A stretch of DNA of 64,000 nucleotides. It comes from an uncultured delta proteobacterium. Lineage in GTDB: Bacteria > Desulfobacterota > Binatia > UBA9968. Below, one piece after another: positions 10,080 through 18,149 of the stretch. A model generated the notes under the pieces. That model saw only the letters and a program-made list of their open reading frames with translations. It made no database searches and was not told the origin of the DNA. Location of the stretch: contig CAVUVW010000019.1 of NCBI GenBank assembly GCA_963745035.1, positions 96,001 to 160,000 on the forward strand. The letters run 5' to 3'. Within the stretch, counting starts at the first letter, position 1. Every line of letters starts with the position of its first letter. Both the position numbers and the translations under genes were made by a program.

Positions 10080-11081
10080 ATGGCTTTACCGCAAACTTTC
10101 AAAGCGATGGTAGTATCGGAGACGGCGGAGAAAACTTTTCCGCGCGAGATCCGCGAGCGGGCGCTGAGCGATTTGCCCGCCGGCGAGCTCATCATCGAAG
10201 TCAAATATTCCTCGTTGAATTACAAAGACGCGCTTTCCGCCACCGGCAACAAAGGTGTGACGAGAAAGTATCCGCACACGCCGGGCATCGATGCCGCCGG
10301 TGTCGTCGCCGATTCGACGACTAAATTGTTCACGGTCGGCGATCAGGTTACGGTCACGGGCTTCGACCTCGGCATGAATACCTCCGGGGGCTTCGGCCAG
10401 TACATCAGCGTGCCGGCGCTGTGGGCGACCAAGCTGCCGCAGGGTTTGTCGTTGAAAGACAGCATGAGCCACGGCACCGCCGGTCTCACCGCGGCGCTGT
10501 GCATCATCCGCTTGATGGCCAGCGGCTTAACCAAGGAATCAGGCGAAGTGCTCGTTACGGGCGCGACGGGCGGAGTCGGCAGCGTGGCGCTCGCGATTCT
10601 CGCAAAATTAGGTTTCAACGTCGTCGCGGCTACAGGCAAAGCGAGCGAGCATGATTTTCTTACGAAGCTTGGCGCCAAGGCGATCATTTCACGCGAAGAA
10701 GCCAACGACACGTCGGGACGCCCGCTGCAAAAGCCGCGCTGGGCCGGAGTAGTCGACACGGTCGGCGGAAATATTCTCGCCACCGCGCTCAAAACGACCA
10801 AGTACGGCGGCTTGGTCACGGCCTGCGGCAACGCCATGTCGCACGAGCTCAACGTCAACGTGTTTCCTTTCATCCTGCGTGGCGTGAGCTTGCTCGGCGT
10901 CGATTCCGTCGAAATCCCGATGCGCGCGCGCCAGATGGCGTGGAGCAAGCTCGCCGGCGAATGGAGCATCGACGTAGGCAGCCTGGTCACCGAAGTGTCG
11001 CTCGAGCAGTTGAATCCGAAGATCGACGAGATCCTCAAGGGCGGCATCCGCGGCCGCGTGCTGGTTAATTTGAATAAGTAA
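10080..11081 (+). CDS. acuI: YhdH/AcuI family quinone oxidoreductase (acryloyl-CoA reductase-like)
   Basis: YSSLNYKDAL, PGIDAAG, GTAGLTA, VTGATGGVGS and PFILRGV motifs. Confidence 0.8.
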   Translation: MALPQTFKAMVVSETAEKTFPREIRERALSDLPAGELIIEVKYSSLNYKDALSATGNKGVTRKYPHTPGIDAAGVVADSTTKLFTVGDQVTVTGFDLGMNTSGGFGQYISVPALWATKLPQGLSLKDSMSHGTAGLTAALCIIRLMASGLTKESGEVLVTGATGGVGSVALAILAKLGFNVVAATGKASEHDFLTKLGAKAIISREEANDTSGRPLQKPRWAGVVDTVGGNILATALKTTKYGGLVTACGNAMSHELNVNVFPFILRGVSLLGVDSVEIPMRARQMAWSKLAGEWSIDVGSLVTEVSLEQLNPKIDEILKGGIRGRVLVNLNK

Positions 11082-11106
11082 ACTGTTAGCTCGTTGTTAG
11101 TGTCTT

Positions 11107-11180
11107 ACCCTCGCCCCGTCCGCGGGGAGAGGGCAGGGTGAGGGCGTCCTCATCCCAACCTTCTTCCGGAGGAGAAGGAG
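11107..11180. repeat. CCCTC...GGGAGAGGG-type palindromic REP
   Basis: ccctcgccccgtccgcggggagagggcagggtgaggg followed by a cttctt..agaagg hairpin. Confidence 0.65.
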
Positions 11181-11195
11181 TAGAGAGGAATGTAA

Positions 11196-13604
11196 GTGGT
11201 TCAAGATATCGATACTCACCACGAATCTGCCCTTGGCCATCTACGCGTTGTGGAGCTTGGCGACATTCCGGCTTCCTACGCGACCCGCTGGCTTGCCGAT
11301 CTCGGCGCGGATGTGATCAAGGTCGAGCCGCCCGGGGGCGATCCGAATCGCTCGCTGCCGCCGTTCGCAGGTAATATCGAGCATCCGGAACGCAGCCTCA
11401 CATTCATTCACGCCAACACCAACAAACGCAGCATCGCGTTGGATCTCGAGCGCGAAACGGATCGCGAGACTTTTGCCAAGCTCCTGGCGTCGGCGAATCT
11501 GTTCGTCGAGGCTACGCCGCTTGGCCATTTGGAAAAATTTGGTTTTGACGATCAGCGGCTCCACGATGGCTTTCCATCGCTGGTGATTGTTTCGCTGACA
11601 CCGTTCGGTCGCACCGGGCCGTATCGCTACTACAAAGGCAGCGACGCGATCGCGAATGCGACCGGCGGTTTTCTATTCGGCCAGGGCGATAACACCAAAG
11701 GGCAGTGCACGGCGCCGAGCCATCTGGCTTATCAGGTGGCCGGGGCGATGGCGGCGATGCTGAGTCTTGCCGGCATTCGTCATGCCCGAGAAACCGGCGT
11801 CGGCCAGCGCATCGATATGTCATTGCAGGAAGCGCTGACTTTCACCAACAGCAGCTCGATCGCGCGTTATACGCGGGAGAATCGTCTGGAGCGCCGCCCC
11901 GGCGGAAAGGCGTACGGCGGCGCAGGCACGAACATCTATCGCTGCAAGGACGGCCGCTACGTGCACTTCACCACCAATATGCCGCACATGTGGAAGGAGT
12001 TCGCGCAGAACTGGATGACCGACAAGTCGCTCGCCGGAGCGGAATGGGAGAATCCGCGCTACCGCGATGAGCATGCCGACGAAGTCGCCAAAGCATTCGC
12101 GAATTTTATCGGACAATTCAACGCCGACGATTTTGCCAACGAAGCGCAGGCGCGCCATCTCGCCGCGGCGCCGCTCAATACCATCGGCCAGTTCGTCGAG
12201 TGCGAGCAAAATCGCGTGCGCGAGTGGCTGCAGGAGATCGACCATCCTGTAATCGGCAAATACAAAGCGCCCGGAGCGCCGATGCGCCTCTCGCTCACGC
12301 CGATGCAGGTGCGCCGCGCCGGCGCCGTTGCTCGACCAGCATCGAAAAGAAATTCTTGCCGAGCTCGACAGGATGCCGATTCAGCGGCCGAATCAGCCGG
12401 TCGATGAAGCCCACGTTCGGCAGCCGATGCTCCGCGGCCTGCGCATGGCGGACCTCACGCAGCAGTATGCCGGTCCGCTGGGAACGGCGTTGCTCGGCGT
12501 ATTACGGCATGGAAGTCGTCAAGATCGAAACCGGCACGATTCCCAGCAAAGAACGCGAAGCCGCGGTGCACGCTTGCATGAACCGCGCGAAGCTCGGTTG
12601 CACGCTCAATCTGCGGAACTCCGACGGCAAGGAGCTTTTCAAGAAGCTCGTCGCGAAATCCGACGTGGTCGTCGACAATTTCAGCTCGGGTGTGCTCGAG
12701 CGCTTGGGCTTCGGCTTCGACGTCTTGCAAAAGATCAATCCCGGCATTGTGCAGGCCGTCATGCCGGGATGGGGACTCACGGGTCCGCTCAAATCCTGGG
12801 TTGCTTGGGGCTGGCAGTTGCTCGCGTACACCGGAATCATGCGGCTCTGGGGCTATCCCGATTCGCCCATGGAAACGCGCTGCAAGATTGCCTGGCCCGA
12901 CCGCGTGGGCTCGGTGACCATGGCGCTCGGCGTGCTCGCCGCGCTCGAATATCAGGCCCGCACCGGCAAAGGGCAGTTCATCGAAGCCGGCATGCTCGAA
13001 GCGCAGGGCTCGATGATGGGTCCGGCGATTCTCGATTACACGTGTTAACGGCAACGAATGGGACGCCATGGGTTACCGCGAAATCCTGGGCGAGCCCTAT
13101 GCGCCGTACGGCTGTTATCCGTGCTACGGCGAAGATAACTGGATCATCATCGCCTGCCGCGGCGACGAAGAATGGCAGCGTATGGTGAACATAATCGGCA
13201 AATCATCCTGGGCGGCGGATGCAAAATTTGCGTCCAAAGCGGGCCGCAAAGAACATTGCGACGAGCTCGATCGAAAACTTTCGGAATGGGCACGCAAGTA
13301 TACGGCGAAACAGCTTTTTCGCATGCTCCAGGAGGCGGGCATCGCCGCTGGAATTCCTTCTTCAGGGGAAGACCTCTTTCACGACATTCACCTGCGCGCC
13401 CGTGGTCACGTCGTCGAGACCGAAGCGCAGCCCTGGGGAAAGATCACGCATCACGGTCTCCCGGCCATTCCATCGCTCTCGGAAGCCAGCGCCGCCCGCC
13501 CAGCGCCATGGATCGGCGCGCACAATGACGAGGTGTTTGGGGGGATCTTGGGGCTAAGTGAAGAAAAGATCGAAGAGCTGAAGAAGGCTGAGGCGATCAA
13601 GTAG
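11196..13604 (+). CDS. Double-domain CaiB/BaiF class III CoA-transferase, with three frameshifts (near 12320, 12499 and 13042)
   Basis: LADLGADVIKVEPP and NTNKRSIALDL in domain 1; LRMADLT, EVVKIE, NRAKLG, DVVVDNF and APYGCYPC spread across successive frames in domain 2. Confidence 0.85.
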
Positions 13605-13606
13605 GG

Positions 13607-13637
13607 AAAGATTTCTCACATTCGTTCGAAATGACAA
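13607..13637. repeat. REP copy R1 (AGATTTCTC...CGAAATGACA)
   Basis: aaagatttctcacattcgttcgaaatgacaa. Confidence 0.85.
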
Positions 13638-13693
13638 CAAGGTAAAACGATTTATTGGAGCGAAAGAAATTCCTCACCTGTCATAAGCCTTTC

Positions 13694-13723
13694 TTGTCAT
13701 TTCGACCAAAGGGAGAAATCTTT
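13694..13723. repeat. REP copy L1 (TGTCATTTCG...GAGAAATCT)
   Basis: ttgtcatttcgaccaaagggagaaatcttt; inverted relative to R1 and R2. Confidence 0.85.
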
Positions 13724-13748
13724 CTTCTCTCCTTTGTCGGTGGCTGGC

Positions 13749-14066
13749 ATGCCTGCCGAAAACCGCTACTGCGTCTACGTGATGACTAATTGGAACAATC
13801 GAGTCATGTACGTCGGAGTCACTAACGACTTGGAACGACGCCTTTACGAGCACAAAAACAAGCTCGTTAAGGGATTTACGGAAAAGTACAACGTAAACAA
13901 GCTCGTCTACTTCGAAGAGACGGGTGATGTGCTAAGCGCATTGGCGCGAGAGAAAGAAATCAAGAAATGGCGTAGGCAAAAAAAAGATGCGCTCGTGCGA
14001 AGTGTGAATCCCGAATGGTGGGATTTATCGGAAGAGGGGAAAGATTTCTCGCTTCGCTCGAAATGA
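13749..14066 (+). CDS. Stand-alone GIY-YIG nuclease (UPF0213/YazA-like)
   Basis: YCVYVM..MYVGVTNDLERRLYEH, FTEKY, LVYFE, REKEIK and NPEW motifs; the stop codon lies inside REP R2. Confidence 0.9.
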   Translation: MPAENRYCVYVMTNWNNRVMYVGVTNDLERRLYEHKNKLVKGFTEKYNVNKLVYFEETGDVLSALAREKEIKKWRRQKKDALVRSVNPEWWDLSEEGKDFSLRSK

Positions 14067-14069
14067 CAA
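14040..14069. repeat. REP copy R2
   Basis: aaagatttctcgcttcgctcgaaatgacaa. Confidence 0.85.
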
Positions 14070-14188
14070 ATTGCTGTTAGGGATGTTGAGGGTCCATAGC
14101 AACGGGGGCTTGATCGCAATTTAACCGCCTAAATGGCGGACGTGTCGTTCACCCGGCGATTTGCCACGTTAAACCGTTCAGCTCATCA

Positions 14189-14217
14189 TTGTCATTTCGA
14201 CCGCAGGGAGAAATCTT
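14189..14217. repeat. REP copy L2
   Basis: ttgtcatttcgaccgcagggagaaatctt. Confidence 0.85.
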
Positions 14218-14235
14218 CCTGTAATCCTGCTTTCT

Positions 14236-14670
14236 CTAAGCCGGGCGAAACTTCGGTAGGGTGTACTCCTCGTTATCCTCGTAGACCACTTCCACCGGCA
14301 TGCCAATTTTCACTTGATCAGGCGGGCAGTCGATGACGTTGCTGATAAGGCGCGGGCCTTCGGCGAGGTCGATCAAGGAAACATTATACGGCGTCTTGCC
14401 CTCGTAGGAGGGGTGCCAGGCACGGTTGTAGGTGACGAACGAATAAACTTTTCCCTTGCCGCTGAGCGCCACCCATTCGTAGTCCGATGAAAGACAATGT
14501 GGGCAGGAGCCTTGAGGTGGATACGTAAAGTACTGGTTGCAGGCCTTGCACCGCTGCGCGCTCAGTTTGTGCTCGCGGGTACCGGCCCAGAAGGGCTTGG
14601 CCTCGAGCTCTTCGAGAAACGGCCGAACCTTTCGAACTGCTCTGCCTCGGTTATCGCTGGTCTCGCTCAT
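14236..14670 (-). CDS. DUF35 Zn-ribbon/OB-fold protein
   Basis: PFW, CKAC..CPHC, GKVYSF and GPRLISN motifs; ATGA overlap with the thiolase stop. Confidence 0.9.
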   Translation of the reverse strand: MSETSDNRGRAVRKVRPFLEELEAKPFWAGTREHKLSAQRCKACNQYFTYPPQGSCPHCLSSDYEWVALSGKGKVYSFVTYNRAWHPSYEGKTPYNVSLIDLAEGPRLISNVIDCPPDQVKIGMPVEVVYEDNEEYTLPKFRPA

Positions 14671-15821
14671 TGTACCCCCAAAATTAAGCTTGCGTGCATG
14701 CACAGGCTGCCGCCGTGGCCGCTGACGATTCCTGCTTTGGCATTTTTTACTTGCCGCTCAGGCTCGACTTCGTTGCCGCGTAGTTGACGCACGGCTTCGG
14801 TGACGTGCAGCATGCCTTCGATGTGCGCCTGAGAGAGCAGCCCGCCGTGGGTGTTGACCGGCAGCTCGCCGCCGACCTCGATGCGGCCGTTCTTGACGAA
14901 ATCTTTGCCTTCGCCTTTTTTGCAAAAACCGTAATCCTCCAACGTGATCATCGTCGTGATCGTGAAGCAGTCGTAGATCTCGGCGAAGTTCATGTCCTTG
15001 GGCGCGAGCCCGGCCATCTTATAGGCCGCTTCCGAAGATTTCTTCCCGCCGAGCGTCGTCAGGCTAGGCGCGTCCATTAAGCTGAAATGAGGATGATGCT
15101 GGCCCATGCCGAGAATGGGCACCGGCCGCTTAGGAAAATCCTTCGCGCGCTCGGCGCTGGTGACGATCACCGCGCCGCCGCCGTCGGATTCGAGCGCGCA
15201 ATCGAACAGACGCAGCGGATCGCAGATGTAGCGCGATGCCTGATGATCGGCGATGGTCATAGGCTTGCGCATGGTCGCGTTGTTGTTCATGCATGCGTGC
15301 TTGCGGGTTGCGACGGCCACGTGAGCTAGGTCCTCACTGGTGGTGCCGAACTCGTACATGTGGCGCTGCGCTGCGAACGCATGATTGGCCACCGCGGAGA
15401 AGTGACCCCACGGCTCTTCCCAGTGTTCGTCGCCGTGCCGAATCGGATTTCCCGGTGTCGGATCCGGCGTGCCGCGCTTACGCGCGTGGACGCATAAAAC
15501 GGTCTGCGCCAGGCCCGCTTCGATGGCCATGACCGCGTTCTGCACCATGGCGATGGGCGTCGCGCCACCGAGCGCGAGGTCCGTGGCATAGCTCGGGCTC
15601 ATGCGCGCCATGTTCGCCATACGGACGGCGTAACTTCGGTGCGCATCGTTGAGTGGTTGATTAGTGATAAACCCGTCCACGTCGGATGCCTTGATGGCGG
15701 CATCGTCCAGACAGGCTTTGATGCATTCCAGATGCAGCGAATGCGTGCTGGCGTCGGGCCGTTTTCCGACTTTGGTTTCCGCGACGCCGACGATGGCGTA
15801 TTTGCCGCTAATGTTGCTCAT
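14667..15821 (-). CDS. SCP2-type thiolase family protein
   Basis: AIVGVAET, DGGGAVIV, EIYDCFT and NTHGGLLS motifs. Confidence 0.9.
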   Translation of the reverse strand: MSNISGKYAIVGVAETKVGKRPDASTHSLHLECIKACLDDAAIKASDVDGFITNQPLNDAHRSYAVRMANMARMSPSYATDLALGGATPIAMVQNAVMAIEAGLAQTVLCVHARKRGTPDPTPGNPIRHGDEHWEEPWGHFSAVANHAFAAQRHMYEFGTTSEDLAHVAVATRKHACMNNNATMRKPMTIADHQASRYICDPLRLFDCALESDGGGAVIVTSAERAKDFPKRPVPILGMGQHHPHFSLMDAPSLTTLGGKKSSEAAYKMAGLAPKDMNFAEIYDCFTITTMITLEDYGFCKKGEGKDFVKNGRIEVGGELPVNTHGGLLSQAHIEGMLHVTEAVRQLRGNEVEPERQVKNAKAGIVSGHGGSLCMHASLILGVQ

Positions 15822-15837
15822 GGCACCTCCGGGTGAA

Positions 15838-15918
15838 TTGGAGTGATGGAGTATTGGAGTGTTGGAGTATTGGGCCGGAACCCATCACTCCAGCCCTCCA
15901 TCAACTCCAATACTCCAA
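15838..15918. repeat. TGGAGT octamer hairpin repeat
   Basis: ttggagtgatggagtattggagtgttggagtattgg followed by catcactcca..actccaatactcca. Confidence 0.85.
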
Positions 15919-15935
15919 ATGATGGAATTTTCAAA

Positions 15936-16931
15936 CTACCGCGTGGATTGCGCCAGATTTTTGATGAAGCCGGTCTTCTCGAGTTCGGCGATGAAGCTGG
16001 CGTCCATGAACGCTTCGGGCTTGTGGTTCCATACGTCCGGGCGTTGTTGCGCGACGTATTCGTAAGTCGGCTGCAAACCTTGAGTGATCGGATAGGGAGC
16101 GGAGATAAAATCCTTCCGATAAATCTCGTAGGAGCCTTCCAATAGTTCGCGGTCGGTTGTTTTGAGATATTTGCTCAAGACTTTCATGGCGAATTCTTTG
16201 TTGGCTTTCAAAAGATGAATGCCTTCGACGTGCGCCTTCACCATGCGCATCACGCCGTCGCGGTCATCGATCGTGTGCTTGCGCCGCGTGACAATCGACA
16301 TGGAGGGGTAGCTGACTTCCTTCTTGGCATCCCACAATACGCGGTAGCCTTTGCGCTCAGCTTGAACGTCGGCGGGATGGGACAGGTCGGCCGCGTCGAC
16401 TGCGCCGTTGAACAAAGCCTGCAGCCTGTCTGGTTGAGTGCCGATGGCGAGCATGATCATGTCTTTGACCGGATCCATGCCGTGTTTCTTGATGATGTAG
16501 CGCTCGAGAAAATCTCCGAGAGAACCGAAGCCCGAAACGGCGATTCGTTTGCCGCGGAGATCCTCCGGGTTTTTAATATCGGAGCGCACGAGTAATTTGC
16601 TCTGGACCCCGGACACGGTGTGAGCAACGGTGACGAGATCCGCGCCGCTCAAGTTGGCGCCCATCACCGTCGTCAGAGTGCAAGGTGCGCCAAGAATGCT
16701 CCCGCCGATGATCGCCTGCGCCGATTGCCCGGAACCGCGCAGCAGCACCAACTCCGCTTCCATGCCGTATTTCTCGTATAGCTTTGCTTCCTTGGCGATC
16801 CAAGGTACCCACTGCGACGCCGATAAGGACGTCACGCCCCAATGAAATTTCCGTAGTCCCTTCTCTTGGGCTTGTCCGATAGAGGGTACGATCAACAAAG
16901 CAAGCACTAGATACGCGCCAATGCAACTCAT
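15936..16931 (-). CDS. ABC transporter substrate-binding protein (NMT1/THI5/SsuA-like)
   Basis: Signal peptide, DLRGKRIAV motif, typical C-terminal DASFIAELEKTGFI. Confidence 0.85.
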   Translation of the reverse strand: MSCIGAYLVLALLIVPSIGQAQEKGLRKFHWGVTSLSASQWVPWIAKEAKLYEKYGMEAELVLLRGSGQSAQAIIGGSILGAPCTLTTVMGANLSGADLVTVAHTVSGVQSKLLVRSDIKNPEDLRGKRIAVSGFGSLGDFLERYIIKKHGMDPVKDMIMLAIGTQPDRLQALFNGAVDAADLSHPADVQAERKGYRVLWDAKKEVSYPSMSIVTRRKHTIDDRDGVMRMVKAHVEGIHLLKANKEFAMKVLSKYLKTTDRELLEGSYEIYRKDFISAPYPITQGLQPTYEYVAQQRPDVWNHKPEAFMDASFIAELEKTGFIKNLAQSTR

Positions 16932-16991
16932 TTCGCGGAAACATCCTTCCTCCGTTCTACTGTTGCCTGTTGCCTAATGCCTTTTGCCTTC

Positions 16992-18077
16992 CTAGATATT
17001 GTACAGCCGAGCCGCGTTATCGCACATGAGCTTGCGCAGTTGTGTATCGCTCAGGTCTTTCCGCTCGGTCACCGATGCTACCGTGTGCGGAAATTTGCTG
17101 TCGCCGTGATTGTAGTCGGATGCAAAAACCAACCGATCTTCACCGACGTATTCCATGACGAAGTTCAACGTGTGCTCGTCCGGTTCGAAAGAGTAGTAAA
17201 CCTGCTCGCTGCGCATGTAATCGCTCGGCGGCTTTTTCATCAGCGGCACGGTCGGCTGAAGATACTCGTAGTGTTCATCCAAACGCTCCATCCAGTACGG
17301 CACCCAACCGGCGCCGGCTTCGAGAAAAGCCACTTTCAACTTCGGATAGAGCTCCAGGATGCCGCCGCCGACGATGCACATGACGCCGATCATCTGCTCG
17401 AAGGCATGTGTCGTCGCATGGACGAACAAAGCATTGTCGAAGCGGTCGGCGGCCGCGGCGGGACGGCCGGAACCGACATGAACGCATACGGGAACGCCGA
17501 GTTCCTCTGCCTTGGCGTAGAAGGGATAAAAATCGGGATGATCCAAGTTGCGCCCTGCGGAGTGCGCCGACGTGGCGACGGCGACGAAACCCAATTCTTT
17601 GACGCAGCGCTCCAGTTCCTTCACGGCTTCCTTGGGTTCCTGCATGGCTACCAGCGCCACGCCTTTCAGACGCTTGGGGTTGGTTTTGCAGTAGCTGTCC
17701 AGCCACGTGTTGTAGGCGTGGGCGATGGCGCAGGCGAGATCGTGGTTTTCGAGAAACGGCAGGCTCAAAAACACGGTGGTGCCGAAGTTGACCGCTGTGT
17801 CGATGCCTTCGAGATCCATGTCTTGCAGGCGGCGAACGGGGTCGAACATGCCGGTGGTCTTTTGCGGCCGGCGACTGTACGGCGCCGTACCGATGCCGAG
17901 ACCGGTGCCCGAAGGCTTCGCCCAGATTTTTCCTTCTAAAAGCAGTTGCTCTTTGCCTTCAGGTCCGGTGATCATTTTCGGCGCGTGCTTTCGATAGGGC
18001 GGGTCGAGTAGTTCCTGCCAATCGGCATCCCGCTCCTGCACATGCCCATCGGCGTCGATGATCCGAAGATTGTTCAT
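16992..18077 (-). CDS. Amidohydrolase family protein (Amidohydro_2)
   Basis: IDADGH, DMDLEGID, AYNTWL, FLEAGAGW and FASDYNH motifs. Confidence 0.9.
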   Translation of the reverse strand: MNNLRIIDADGHVQERDADWQELLDPPYRKHAPKMITGPEGKEQLLLEGKIWAKPSGTGLGIGTAPYSRRPQKTTGMFDPVRRLQDMDLEGIDTAVNFGTTVFLSLPFLENHDLACAIAHAYNTWLDSYCKTNPKRLKGVALVAMQEPKEAVKELERCVKELGFVAVATSAHSAGRNLDHPDFYPFYAKAEELGVPVCVHVGSGRPAAAADRFDNALFVHATTHAFEQMIGVMCIVGGGILELYPKLKVAFLEAGAGWVPYWMERLDEHYEYLQPTVPLMKKPPSDYMRSEQVYYSFEPDEHTLNFVMEYVGEDRLVFASDYNHGDSKFPHTVASVTERKDLSDTQLRKLMCDNAARLYNI

Positions 18078-18125
18078 TCTCTCCTCCTAGACTGAAACGC
18101 GTAGTGTATTAAAACAGAAGAATAT

Positions 18126-18149
18126 TTCACCACGAAGATCACGAAGGAC
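18126..18149. repeat. Left arm of a CACGAAG tandem palindromic repeat (insertion target)
   Basis: ttcaccacgaagatcacgaaggac; the first 12 bp are the perfect reverse complement of 21107..21118. Confidence 0.85.

Noticed and set aside
11196-13604. Programmed ribosomal frameshifting in the CoA-transferase
   Set aside because: No slippery heptamers at the shift sites, and similar indels are scattered across unrelated genes.
13607-14217. About 30-bp repeats as a possible CRISPR array
   Set aside because: Alternating orientation, irregular spacing, variable cores and no cas genes.
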